DNA of 64,000 nucleotides from Candidatus Latescibacterota bacterium (GTDB lineage: Bacteria; Latescibacterota; UBA2968; UBA8231). The position numbers were made by a program, and so were the translations under genes. Position 1 is the first letter of the stretch. Every line of letters begins with the position of its first letter. Positions 19,326-29,281 of the stretch are shown in pieces. The notes beneath the pieces are model-generated. The model ran no database searches. It had not been told where the DNA came from and saw nothing but the letters and a program-made list of their open reading frames with translations. The stretch spans positions 2,112,001-2,176,000 of the forward strand of contig CBDETY010000003.1 in the NCBI GenBank assembly GCA_965243025.1, written 5' to 3'.

Positions 19326-20471
19326 ATGGACGAGACCCTCGCCTGTGAAAGCGGGTACGCCGTCCGCCGCCGCGGCCGCTTCCTCATCGTCGAGCTCCTG
19401 CAGCCGCACCGGGTGCTGTGCACCTCGGCCCATGGCGGCGGCCAGCGCGAGGACCTGCGCTACCTCGTCAACCACCAGAGCTGCGAAGGCCGCGGCCACC
19501 AGTCGCGCTTCCTGCTTCTCAAGCAGCTCGGCGAGGCCGGGTACCACCGCGCCGCCTGCGCGGAACTCGGACTGGATCCCGAAGCGGTTGCCCTGATGGG
19601 GACCGCGGCCAACATGAACTGCGCCTCCCTGGCGAGCGAGGAGTTCGCCGGCCTGCAGGTGCGGGCGGCGGTTACCGCCGGGGTCGAAGGGAATGCCGGG
19701 CGCGCCGGCGATCCGGCCCGCTGGCACGAAGGGGAGGAGGGCTGGAGCGAGGTCGATCCCCACGCCGGCACGATCAACGTGCTGCTGCTGATCGACTGGC
19801 CGCTGACCCCGGCGGCCCTTGCCCGGGCGGCGATCACCCTCACCGAGGCCAAGTCGGCCGCCCTGCAGGAGCTGGCGGTCTCCAGCCGCTTTTCCCCCGA
19901 CCTTGCGACCGGCACGGGCACCGACCAGTACGGCATCGCCGCCCCGCTCGACGACCGTAGACCCAGGACCAACACCGGCCACCACTCCAGGCTCGGCGAG
20001 CTGATCGGCCGCTGCGTCCTGCGGGCAACCAGGGAGGCCCTGCGCTTGCAGAACGGGCTGGAGCCGTCCCACACCCGCAGCATTGCCTATGCCCTGCGGC
20101 GGTTCGGCCTCGACGAAACAGGCCTGGCGGCGGCGCTGAAGGAGCGTCTCGACGAGGAGGCATTCCTCCTGTTCGAGCAGAACCGGGAGGCGGTCCTGCG
20201 CGAACCGCAGGCGGTCGCCGCGGCCTACGGTTTCGCAGCGGTCTGCGACCGCGTGCGCCACGGGGTGCTCGCCCCCGACCAGGCCGCCCCCGTGCTGCGC
20301 CAGCAGGCGGCCGCCCTGGCCTCCTGCCTGGCCGCCCGGCCCGAGTCCTGGCAGAGCTGCTGGGAGCAGCTGACGGTCGATGCCGGCGAGCCCTCGCGGG
20401 CGGTGGCGGACGCCGTGGCACTGGGATGGCGTCGCAAATGGGACCAGTCCCCCGGCGGCCAATCACCGTGA
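19326..20471 (+). CDS. cbiZ: Adenosylcobinamide amidohydrolase
   Basis: MGTAANM, TAGVEGNA, GTINV, TEAKSAAL, ATGTGTD. Confidence 0.9.
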   Translation: MDETLACESGYAVRRRGRFLIVELLQPHRVLCTSAHGGGQREDLRYLVNHQSCEGRGHQSRFLLLKQLGEAGYHRAACAELGLDPEAVALMGTAANMNCASLASEEFAGLQVRAAVTAGVEGNAGRAGDPARWHEGEEGWSEVDPHAGTINVLLLIDWPLTPAALARAAITLTEAKSAALQELAVSSRFSPDLATGTGTDQYGIAAPLDDRRPRTNTGHHSRLGELIGRCVLRATREALRLQNGLEPSHTRSIAYALRRFGLDETGLAAALKERLDEEAFLLFEQNREAVLREPQAVAAAYGFAAVCDRVRHGVLAPDQAAPVLRQQAAALASCLAARPESWQSCWEQLTVDAGEPSRAVADAVALGWRRKWDQSPGGQSP

Positions 20472-20568
20472 ATCCTGCCCACGCCAACTTGCTCCCCCGG
20501 GCTCAAATCAGGTCCCCGGCCACGGGGAACCATTCGCTGCGCCGGTCGAGCGCATCGGGCCGACAGCG

Positions 20569-21573
20569 GTGTTCGACACCTATTCTTCCGGCTGGCAGCT
20601 GAGCCTGGAATCCCTGGCGCCCGACCCGCTGCTCCTGCTGGGCGCAGTGGCCCTGGACGGGCTGATCGGCGACCCCGTCTACCCCCTGCACCCGGTCCGC
20701 CTGGCCGGGGCGGCCCTGTCGCGGATCGAAGCGGCGCTGCGTCTCCTGGGACTGGACGGACACCTCGGAGGCTGCCTGCTCTTCGCCGTCCTGGGCTGCC
20801 TCTGCGCGGGGCTGGTCAGCGTCGCGGCCCTGGCGCTAGGGCACCTGTCCCCCCTCCTCGCGTCGGTGTTTCACCTCTTCATGCTGTACAGCCTGCTCGC
20901 CCTGCGCGACCTGTTCCGGCACGGCCTGGCCATCGACCGCGCCGCCGGCGCCGGGGACCTGGTTGCGGCGCGGCGGGCAACCGCCATGCTGGTCGCCCGC
21001 GATACCGCCCCGATGGACGCGGCGGCCTGCCGCCGGGCAGGCATGGAAAGCCTCGCGGAAAACGCCGTGGACGGCTTCGTCTCGCCGCTTTTCTGGTACG
21101 CCCTGCTGGGACTTCCGGGGATCGCGCTCTTCAAGGTGATCAGCACCATGGATTCGATGGTCGGCAACCGGACCCCGCGCTACCTCCGCTTCGGCTGGTG
21201 CGGGGCCCGCCTCGACGACCTGTTCAACTCGGTGCCTGCCCGTCTCACCTACGCGCTGATGGTCCTGGCCGCGGCGCTGCTGCCGGGCTGCTCGGCCCGC
21301 AAGGCCCTGGTTGCGGGCTGGCGCCAGCACCGGCTCGTTCCCGGCCCCAACTCCGGCTGGAGCGAAGCCGCGGCCGCGGGAGCCTTGCAATGCCGCCTCG
21401 CCGGACCGATCTGGCAGGGAGGGGAGCGGATCACCGATCTCTGGCTCGGTTGCCCGGAAGACCCCGAGGGCGGACGCCCGGGCGACCTTCCCCGCACCTG
21501 CCTCTTCATCGCCGCAACCTGCCTTGTATTTGCCGGGGCGACGGCGCTGGCCCTGCGGGCGCTCTATCCCTGA
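20569..21573 (+). CDS. cbiB: Adenosylcobinamide-phosphate synthase CbiB (CobD)
   Basis: LDGLIGDP..HPV, ESLAENAVDG, TMDSMVG, ARLDD...PARL, PNSGWSEAA; start (GTG 20569) uncertain. Confidence 0.9.
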   Translation: MFDTYSSGWQLSLESLAPDPLLLLGAVALDGLIGDPVYPLHPVRLAGAALSRIEAALRLLGLDGHLGGCLLFAVLGCLCAGLVSVAALALGHLSPLLASVFHLFMLYSLLALRDLFRHGLAIDRAAGAGDLVAARRATAMLVARDTAPMDAAACRRAGMESLAENAVDGFVSPLFWYALLGLPGIALFKVISTMDSMVGNRTPRYLRFGWCGARLDDLFNSVPARLTYALMVLAAALLPGCSARKALVAGWRQHRLVPGPNSGWSEAAAAGALQCRLAGPIWQGGERITDLWLGCPEDPEGGRPGDLPRTCLFIAATCLVFAGATALALRALYP

Positions 21574-21826
21574 CCCGGGAGCCGGTCGAGCAAAGAATGC
21601 AGGCGCCGTGCTGGCTCCCGTGACCGGAATGCGACTACGCGGAAACTGCGGGTGGACCGCTGGAAGTCCGTTACCCTGACGGTTTCCGCCAGGCTGGACC
21701 ACCGGGCCTCACCGGCGATCCCGGCTTTCACTCATCCGTTCACCCGTTTCCCCGCCCATACCGGATATCTACATTCCCGGTGGACATGCATTCGAACGGG
21801 CAGGAAGCCGTCGATGAGCGATCCTG

Positions 21827-22522
21827 GTGCCGGCACTGATTCGCATCGAAGGGGTGGAGAAGACCTACGACATGGGGGCGGTGCAGGTGCATGCCCTGCG
21901 CGGAGTGTCCCTGACCCTCGAGCGCAACGAGTACGTCGCCGTGATGGGCCCCTCCGGCTCGGGCAAATCGACCCTGATGAACATCATCGGCTGCCTCGAC
22001 GTTCCCACCGCCGGCACTTACGAGCTCAACGGGCAGCGCGTCAGCGAGATGGAGGACGACGACCTCGCCCGCGTCCGCAACCGGGAGATCGGCTTCGTCT
22101 TCCAGACCTTCAACCTGCTGCCCCGGGCCGACGCCCTGCGCAACGTCGAGCTGCCCCTGGTCTACGCCGGGCTCGGACAGCCCGCCCGGCGTGAGCGGGC
22201 AGAGGAAGCGCTCGCCTCCGTTGGGCTGAAAGACCGCATGCACCACCGGCCCAACGAGCTGTCCGGGGGTCAGAAACAGCGGGTCGCCATCGCCAGGGCC
22301 CTGGCCAACGAGCCCTCGATCATCCTCGCAGACGAGCCGACCGGCGCCCTCGACACCCGCACCGGGACCGAGATCATGTCCCTCTTCCAGAGGCTTCACG
22401 GCAACGGCCACACCATCGTCGTCGTCACCCACGAGGAGCACGTCGCCGCCTACGGCCGCCGCGTCGTCCGCTTCCGGGACGGCCTGGTCGAGAGCGACGG
22501 CGCCGCCGGGCCGGGAGGATGA
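21827..22522 (+). CDS. MacB/LolD-type ABC ATP-binding protein
   Basis: [36 protein letters not shown]. Confidence 0.93.
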   Translation: MPALIRIEGVEKTYDMGAVQVHALRGVSLTLERNEYVAVMGPSGSGKSTLMNIIGCLDVPTAGTYELNGQRVSEMEDDDLARVRNREIGFVFQTFNLLPRADALRNVELPLVYAGLGQPARRERAEEALASVGLKDRMHHRPNELSGGQKQRVAIARALANEPSIILADEPTGALDTRTGTEIMSLFQRLHGNGHTIVVVTHEEHVAAYGRRVVRFRDGLVESDGAAGPGG

Positions 22523-23769
22523 ACCGGCTTCTGCCAGGCCGGCGGGGAAAGCTGGTTGCCGCGGCCGCTGTCGCCGTCGCGGCAACCGCCGGCGTGCTCG
22601 CCCTGTCCGGCACCGGCACCGGGAAGGGCGAAGCCGCAGAGACCTTCGTCGTCGGCAGGGGGGAGTTCCGCGTTTCGCACTTCGAGGCGGGTGAGATCCG
22701 CGCCCGCAAGGACGAGAAGATCCTCGCCCCGGAGGTGCGCGGGAGGTTGAAGATCACCTACCTCTGGCCCGAGGGAGAGAAAGTCGAGATCGGCGACCTC
22801 ATCCTCACCTTCGACCGCAGCGAGCTCGAGGCCGAGGTCAAGAACGAGGCCGGAGAGCTGGAGAAAGCCCTGGCGGACCGGGAAAAGGGACTGGCCAACC
22901 AGGAGCAGGTCCTCGCGGAGCTGGCGGTACAGATAGAGAAGTCCGGGGCCGCCCTGGAGCTGGCGCGTATCAGCCTGCAGCGCAGCGAGTACGCCTCCCC
23001 GATCGTCCGCGAGGAGCGGAAGATCGAACTCGCCAAGGCGGAACGGGCGGTCGCCGAGGCGCGCGAGAACCTCGAGGCGCGCCGGATCGTCAACCGCGTC
23101 GAGCGCGCCAACTTCGACCTGAAGGTATCCCACCACGAGAAGCGTTACGACAAGGCGAGGAAGGACTTCGACCGGCTGACCGTGTACGCCCGGCGCCCGG
23201 GCATCGTCGTCTACGAAACCATCCGGAAGAGGGGGACCGGCCGCAGCGGCAAGGTGACCGAGGGGGACGTCGTCTGGGGCGGGACGTCGCTTCTGAGTCT
23301 TCCCGACCTCAGGGCGATGCAGGTGGTGTCGCAGATCGGCGAGATGGACGTCACCAGGGTGAAGCCGGGGCAGGAGGCGCTGATCCGGCTCGAGGCGTTC
23401 CCCGGCCCGGTGTTCCACGGCGAGGTGGCGGCGGTGGCGCCGATGGCCGGCGAGGTCGAGGACGCCCCCAACGTGCACGTCTTCGAGATGGTCGTCGACA
23501 TCGAGGAGCAGGACGACCGCCTCTACCCGGGGATGTCGGCCGCTGTCGAGATCGTCCTGCAATCGATCCCCGACGTGGTGCGGGTGCCGCTGTCGGCGGT
23601 CCGCCTGGAGGAGGAGCGCGCCATCGTCTGGCGATCCGGGGCAGGCGGGTTCACCCCGGTAGAGGTGACCGCCGGCCCCCACAACGGCACCGAGGTCGCC
23701 ATCGAGTCCGGCCTGGAAGCCGGTGACGTTGTCGCCCTCCACGCCTCCTCGGTACCTTTGCCGCCATGA
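22519..23769 (+). CDS. Periplasmic adaptor (MacA/HlyD-like) 1
   Basis: N-terminal anchor, lipoyl half EGEKVEIGD, coiled coil, LYPGMSA. Confidence 0.87.
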   Translation: MNRLLPGRRGKLVAAAAVAVAATAGVLALSGTGTGKGEAAETFVVGRGEFRVSHFEAGEIRARKDEKILAPEVRGRLKITYLWPEGEKVEIGDLILTFDRSELEAEVKNEAGELEKALADREKGLANQEQVLAELAVQIEKSGAALELARISLQRSEYASPIVREERKIELAKAERAVAEARENLEARRIVNRVERANFDLKVSHHEKRYDKARKDFDRLTVYARRPGIVVYETIRKRGTGRSGKVTEGDVVWGGTSLLSLPDLRAMQVVSQIGEMDVTRVKPGQEALIRLEAFPGPVFHGEVAAVAPMAGEVEDAPNVHVFEMVVDIEEQDDRLYPGMSAAVEIVLQSIPDVVRVPLSAVRLEEERAIVWRSGAGGFTPVEVTAGPHNGTEVAIESGLEAGDVVALHASSVPLPP

Positions 23770-25151
23770 CCGCTTCCTCCTCTCCCCCCACCGGGGGCGC
23801 GTCCCGGCTGCACCGGCGCAGGCTCATCGGCGCCGCTGCCGTCGTTCTGGTCGCGGGCATGGTCGCCGGTTTCCGGGTGCTGATGCCGGAAGCGTCCCCG
23901 GAAGTTGCCTCGTTCCCCGTCAGTCAGGGGGAGTTCCACATTACCCTGTCGCTCTCCAACGGCGAGCTCGAAGCGGTGAACGCCGAGCAGATCAACGCCC
24001 CCCAGGTGCGCGGCCAGCTCAAGATCACCAAGCTTTTTCCCGAGGGGGAAACCGTCGAGATCGGAGATCTCGTCATCGAGTTCGACAAGGCGGAGTTCGT
24101 CAAGAGGGTGACCGAGGCGCGGCAGGAGCTCGAGGCGAGCAGGGCGGAGCTCGAGAAGACGATAGCCAACCAGAAGGTCGAAATCGGGCGCCAGGAGTCG
24201 GACATCCACAACAAGGAGGCGGAGCTCAGGCTGGCGCAGCTGAAGCTGAAGAAGATGGAATTCGAGTCGCTGATCGACAAAGAGGAGACCCGCCTCCAGG
24301 TGAGACAGTCCGAACTCGCCCTCGAGCAGGCGGGCAGGAAACTCGAGGCGCAGCGGATCGTCGACCAGGCGGAGAAGAAGAAGCAGGAGCTCGACGTCGC
24401 CCAGAAGGAACGGGGCCTCGACAAGGCGGAAAAGGACCTCGAGAGCCTGTCGGTCCATGCCGACAAACCGGGACTCGTCGTGTACGAGAAGATCTGGAAG
24501 GGCTCCCGCCCCGAGAAGATCCGCGTCGGCGACGAGCCCTGGGGCGGCGCCACCCTCGTGACGCTTCCCGATCTGGCTGCAATGCAGGTCAAGACCTGGG
24601 TCAACGAGGTCGACGTCGACAAACTCGAGGTCGGGCAGCGGACGACCATCGAGCTCGACGCCCTGCCCGGTCCCACCTTTCCCGGCTCGATCACCAGCAT
24701 CGCCTCCCTGGGCCACGAGAAGGAGGGGGACAAGAACGTCAAGGTCTTCGACGTGGTCATCGGCATCGAGGAGGAGGACCGGCGTCTGAAGCCGGGAATG
24801 TCCGCCTCCTCGGTGGTGGTGATCGAAACGGTTCCGGAGCCGCGGGCCGACGGGGATTCCCTCGAGGTCAGCCCGCCCCCCGAGGCGGAGGAACACCCCG
24901 GCTTTCCACTCTACATCCCGCTCGACGCGGTCTTTGAAAAAGGGGGCGAGACCCTCGTCTACCGGGTGCGGGGCGGAGGCACCGAGGAGCGCAGGGTCGT
25001 CCTGGGAAAGCGCAACGACGACTACGTCATCGTCGAGGAGGGCCTGGGAGCCGGGGACCGCGTCGCCCTGCGCGACCCGACCCTGATGCTCGAGCACCTC
25101 GGCGGCATGCCCGGCGAGGCGGTGACCCCCGCCGCCCTGACCGCCGAATAA
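23766..25151 (+). CDS. Periplasmic adaptor (MacA/HlyD-like) 2
   Basis: EGETVEIGD, coiled coil, LKPGMSA; paralogous to adaptor 1. Confidence 0.87.
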   Translation: MTASSSPPTGGASRLHRRRLIGAAAVVLVAGMVAGFRVLMPEASPEVASFPVSQGEFHITLSLSNGELEAVNAEQINAPQVRGQLKITKLFPEGETVEIGDLVIEFDKAEFVKRVTEARQELEASRAELEKTIANQKVEIGRQESDIHNKEAELRLAQLKLKKMEFESLIDKEETRLQVRQSELALEQAGRKLEAQRIVDQAEKKKQELDVAQKERGLDKAEKDLESLSVHADKPGLVVYEKIWKGSRPEKIRVGDEPWGGATLVTLPDLAAMQVKTWVNEVDVDKLEVGQRTTIELDALPGPTFPGSITSIASLGHEKEGDKNVKVFDVVIGIEEEDRRLKPGMSASSVVVIETVPEPRADGDSLEVSPPPEAEEHPGFPLYIPLDAVFEKGGETLVYRVRGGGTEERRVVLGKRNDDYVIVEEGLGAGDRVALRDPTLMLEHLGGMPGEAVTPAALTAE

Positions 25152-25167
25152 CCACCTGCCGGCGCCG

Positions 25168-26421
25168 ATGGATTTGCGGGAAACCCTGGGACTCTCCGCG
25201 GCCGGACTGGCCGCGCACAAGCTGCGCACCTGCCTGACCATGCTGGGAATCATCTTCGGCGTCGCCGCGGTCATCGCCATGCTGTCGATCGGCGAGGGGG
25301 CGAGGCAGGAGGCTCTCGGCCAGATCCGTCAGATGGGGATCGACAACATCATCGTCCAGCACTGGAGCCCCGAAAGCGATGAGGAAGGGGAGGGAGGGGA
25401 AGCCAGGGCAGGGCAGAATCTCTCCCGGGGGCTCAGCCGCCAGGACGCGGAGGCGCTCGCCGAGATCTGCCCGCTCGCCGAGATCGTCGCCCCCCTGAGG
25501 GAAATCAAGGTCAAGGCGCGCGCCGGCAGCACCCCGTTCCAGACCATGCTGGTCGGGGCCACCCCCGAGTACATCCGCGTCCTCGACGCCCGCCTGGGCC
25601 GGGGGGTCTATCTCAGCGACGAGGATCTGCGGGATGCCCGGCGGGTCTGCGTCCTCGGCAGCGACGCCAAGCGGGCCCTGTTCCTTTTCGAGGAGGCGAT
25701 CGGCAGGCAGGTGAAGCTGCACGACCAGTGGTTCACCGTGGTCGGGGTGCTCGAGGACAAGGGAGCGGCAAGCGGCAAGATCGGCGGCGTCCTCGAGGTG
25801 CGGAACACCGACGAGGACATCTACGTGCCGCTGACCACCCTGCTCAAGCGCTTCAAGTGGGAGGCCGACCAGGCCGAGCTCACCCAGATCACCATCAAGG
25901 TCCCCGGGTCGGAGAAGCTGCAGGAAGCGGCCAACATCATCCGCTCGATCCTGCACCGCCGCCACCGCGGCGTCGACGATTTCAAGATCGCCATCCCCGA
26001 GGAGCTGCTGCGCCACAGCCAGAGCACCCAGAGAATCTTCAACATCGTCATGGGCTGCATCGCCGGCATCTCCCTCGTCGTGGGCGGCATCGGCATCATG
26101 AACATCATGCTGGCCTCCGTGCTGGAGCGGACCCGGGAGATCGGCATCCGCCGCGCCCTCGGGGCCCGGCGCAGGGACGTGATGGCCCAGTTCCTCGTCG
26201 AGGCGGTCGCCGTCAGCCTGATCGGGGGGGTTCTCGGGGTGATCCTGGGGTATTCTCTTACCGAGCTCATCACCCTCTACGCGCACTGGAAGACCATCGT
26301 CCATTTCTGGACCATCGCTCTCTCCTTCGGCGTCGCCGCCGGGGTCGGGATCACCTTCGGCTACTACCCGGCGCGCCAGGCGGCGCTGCTAAACCCGATC
26401 GACGCCTTGCGCTATGAGTGA
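25168..26421 (+). CDS. MacB/FtsX-family ABC permease
   Basis: KLRTCLTMLGIIFG, GGIGIMNIMLASVLERTREIGIRRALGA, PARQAALLNPIDALRYE. Confidence 0.93.
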   Translation: MDLRETLGLSAAGLAAHKLRTCLTMLGIIFGVAAVIAMLSIGEGARQEALGQIRQMGIDNIIVQHWSPESDEEGEGGEARAGQNLSRGLSRQDAEALAEICPLAEIVAPLREIKVKARAGSTPFQTMLVGATPEYIRVLDARLGRGVYLSDEDLRDARRVCVLGSDAKRALFLFEEAIGRQVKLHDQWFTVVGVLEDKGAASGKIGGVLEVRNTDEDIYVPLTTLLKRFKWEADQAELTQITIKVPGSEKLQEAANIIRSILHRRHRGVDDFKIAIPEELLRHSQSTQRIFNIVMGCIAGISLVVGGIGIMNIMLASVLERTREIGIRRALGARRRDVMAQFLVEAVAVSLIGGVLGVILGYSLTELITLYAHWKTIVHFWTIALSFGVAAGVGITFGYYPARQAALLNPIDALRYE

Positions 26422-26869
26422 CGACCGTGGGCTTCCCGGAGCCGAACCCTTCCGGGCCCGGGGCAGGGACAACCGCCTCCAGCCGGGGAGCCGGCTGGGC
26501 CGGCAGGTGCTGATCGATCTCTACGACTGTCCGCGCGAGGTTCTCGACGACGAGAAGCTGATCGCCGCGAGCATGATCGCCGCCGCCCGGGAAGCCGGGG
26601 CCGCGGTCGTCGGTTCGACCTTTCACCGCTTCTCTCCCTGCGGGGTGTCCGGGGTGGTGGCGATTCGCGAGAGCCACCTGGCCATTCACACCTGGCCGGA
26701 GTTCGGGTACGCGGCGATCGATCTGTTCACGTGCGGGGACGGGGTCGACCCGTGGATCGCCCACGACGCCCTGAAACGCGCCCTGGGCGCCGGCCGCGGC
26801 GAGGCCATCGAGCTGCCGCGGCCCGGGGCCAACGGAGGCTGGCCGGGAAACGAGGTGAAATCGAAGTGA
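26414..26869 (+). CDS. speD: S-adenosylmethionine decarboxylase proenzyme (class 1B) family
   Basis: HRFSPCGVSGV, ESHLAIHTWPE (pyruvoyl cleavage site), DLFTCG. Confidence 0.88.
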   Translation: MSDDRGLPGAEPFRARGRDNRLQPGSRLGRQVLIDLYDCPREVLDDEKLIAASMIAAAREAGAAVVGSTFHRFSPCGVSGVVAIRESHLAIHTWPEFGYAAIDLFTCGDGVDPWIAHDALKRALGAGRGEAIELPRPGANGGWPGNEVKSK

Positions 26870-26925
26870 TGGAGGCCGGAGACGGGCAAGTCCCCGCTCC
26901 GGGAGGGAAATCCCCGCGCCGACGG

Positions 26926-27915
26926 TTACCGGCCTTGCTGCTGGAGTTCCTGCAGGTGGACCGCGAGGTGGTCGCGAAAGGCCCCTATGCGCTCCTGGAG
27001 CACCGCTTCCATCTCCTTCAGCTCCTGCTGCCTGGCGCGCAGCTTGTGCAGCTCGAGCATGAAACCGCGGGGGGCGACCACGGCGACCATCCCTTCACCG
27101 CTGCCGACCTCGACGAGGCCCCCGCCGGTGTTCCGGGGATCGTCCCGGGGGGGCTGCCCGCCATCTCCGGTGAAGTTCACGGCAGAAGTTCCCTGGCCCG
27201 GTGACTCCACGGAAGCACTGCCGGGAATCTCCCCGACGGCACTCATCTGCAGGTGGAACTGGCGTGCCAGCGACCACAGCTTCCGCTCCATGCGGCCCTG
27301 GTCTTCGAGCCACCGGATCCGCCCCTCCATCTTGCGGGCTTCCTCTCGCAGAAGGCTCAGACGGTCTTCCAGCAGCACCAGCTTCTGCCGGATCTCGTCC
27401 GGTCCGTCGCTGGCGGCGATGGTCATGTCGACGGGATAGCGGCCCAGCTCCGGCTCGATGACGTCGTACCCCAGCTTCCGGCGTTCCTCCCACAGGATCA
27501 TCATCTGCATCAGGAGTCCCTTGTCCATCGCTTTCGACAGGGCACCGAAGAGGCGGCTGATCTCCCAGTCGTAGGCAAGGCGCAGACGCTGGCGAAGGGA
27601 ATCCGCTGCCGCGCCCGCCTGTTCGATGCGCTGGTCGACCTCGTCGAGTCGGCGCTCGATTTCCATCGACTCGATGAGCGCCTTGCGCATCTCCTCCGAC
27701 CTGGGGGCTGCCCGCTTCAGGCTGTCGATGACGGCAGAGAGGTTTCCGGCGGTTCGGGCGAACTGGTGCCGCGACTCGTGGAGCCGCTCCCGGATCACCC
27801 CGAGGTTTTCCCGCTCCAGCCTGAGGGCATCGAGGTCCCAGGCCTCGGGCTCCTCGCCCATGGCCGGCGCCCCGAGCGAGGCCACGGCTGCCCCGAGAAG
27901 TCTACGCCATGCCAT
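26926..27915 (-). CDS. Exported coiled-coil hypothetical protein
   Basis: Signal-like MAWRRLLGAAVASLGAPAMG; heptad-rich; overlaps the regulator stop. Confidence 0.65.
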   Translation of the reverse strand: MAWRRLLGAAVASLGAPAMGEEPEAWDLDALRLERENLGVIRERLHESRHQFARTAGNLSAVIDSLKRAAPRSEEMRKALIESMEIERRLDEVDQRIEQAGAAADSLRQRLRLAYDWEISRLFGALSKAMDKGLLMQMMILWEERRKLGYDVIEPELGRYPVDMTIAASDGPDEIRQKLVLLEDRLSLLREEARKMEGRIRWLEDQGRMERKLWSLARQFHLQMSAVGEIPGSASVESPGQGTSAVNFTGDGGQPPRDDPRNTGGGLVEVGSGEGMVAVVAPRGFMLELHKLRARQQELKEMEAVLQERIGAFRDHLAVHLQELQQQGR

Positions 27916-29281
27916 ACTTTTCCAGCTTGTAGTAGAGAGCACTCGTTTTCACCCCCAGCAGCTCCGCCGCCTGGGTCTTGACCCCGTTCGCTTCCTCCAT
28001 CGCCCGGCAGATCAGGTCTCTCTCCAGCGATTCCAGCTGATCGTTGAGGGCGAGCTTGCTCGCCGGCGTCGGTTCCCCGTCCCCGCCGGGTTCGTCGGCC
28101 GCATCGGCGAGCGGCAGATCCCCGGGGCCGATCTCCTCGCGGTCGACCAGGACCACCGTGCGCTCGATGACGTTCTCCAGCTCGCGAACGTTCCCGGGCC
28201 ACGGATAACGGCAGAGGAACTCGACCGCTTCCCCTGACAGACGCCTGAGGGGCAGGTTCATTTCCCGGCATTTCTTGCGGAGGAAGTGATCGACCAGAAG
28301 GGGAATGTCGTCGCGGCGCTCCCTCAACGGGGCCAGGTGCATGGGGATCACCTCGAGCCGGTAGAACAGGTCCTCGCGGAAGCTGCCGTCGGCGACCCTC
28401 TCCTTGAGGGCCTGGTTGGTGGCGGCGACGACGCGCACGTCGGCGCTGATGGTGCGCTCCCCCCCGACCCGGTCGAACTCCTTCTCCTGCAGCACCCGCA
28501 GCAGGTTCACCTGGGTTTCGAGGGGGATGTCGCCGATCTCGTCGAGAAAGATGGTGCCCCCGGAGGCCAGCTCGAACTTCCCCTTCTTCATCTTCAGGGC
28601 TCCGGTGAACGCCCCCTTCTCGTGTCCGAACAGCTCGCTCTCGACCAGGTTCACCGGAAGGGCCCCGCAGTTGACCTTGACGAAGGGGCCGGTGCGGCGC
28701 GGGCTGAGGTTGTGGATCGCCCGGGCTACCAGCTCCTTCCCCGTCCCGCTCTCCCCGTAAATCAACACGGAGGAATCGATGGCGGCCACCTTTTCCACTC
28801 TCGCCAGGACCTCGGCGATCTGCCGCGACCGCCCGACGATTTCGCCGTAGCGATCCTCGATCTCCTCGCGCAGGTACTCGTTCTCCTCCCCGAGCCTGTC
28901 GCGCTCGCGGCGGTCGGCGCGGTGGTCCAGAACCCGCTGCACCTTGAGCCGCAGCGCTTCCATGGGAAACGGCTTGGTGATGAAATCGACTGCGCCGATC
29001 TGCATGGCGCGCACCGCGATCTCGATGGTGCCGTGAGCGGTTATGATGATGACGTCGGTGTCGGCGAAATCCCTTCTGACCGCCTCGAGGAGCTGCAGCC
29101 CGTCCATTTCCGCCATCCTGAAGTCGGTGATCACCAAGTCGAAAGCCGCCTGCCGCGCCAGTATCAACAGGGCTTCGGCCCCGCTGGCTGCCTTGACCGC
29201 GTCGCATCCCATGCGCTCGACCACCAGGGCGATGCCGGAGCGCATGGTCTCGTTGTCGTCGACGATCAGTATCCGGCTCAC
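27902..29281 (-). CDS. Sigma54-dependent NtrC-family response regulator
   Basis: Receiver ILIVDD...ITDFRM; GESGTGKE, ESELFGHEKGAFTGA, FLDEIGD, WPGNVRELEN; Fis-type HTH. Confidence 0.96.
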   Translation of the reverse strand: MSRILIVDDNETMRSGIALVVERMGCDAVKAASGAEALLILARQAAFDLVITDFRMAEMDGLQLLEAVRRDFADTDVIIITAHGTIEIAVRAMQIGAVDFITKPFPMEALRLKVQRVLDHRADRRERDRLGEENEYLREEIEDRYGEIVGRSRQIAEVLARVEKVAAIDSSVLIYGESGTGKELVARAIHNLSPRRTGPFVKVNCGALPVNLVESELFGHEKGAFTGALKMKKGKFELASGGTIFLDEIGDIPLETQVNLLRVLQEKEFDRVGGERTISADVRVVAATNQALKERVADGSFREDLFYRLEVIPMHLAPLRERRDDIPLLVDHFLRKKCREMNLPLRRLSGEAVEFLCRYPWPGNVRELENVIERTVVLVDREEIGPGDLPLADAADEPGGDGEPTPASKLALNDQLESLERDLICRAMEEANGVKTQAAELLGVKTSALYYKLEKYGMA

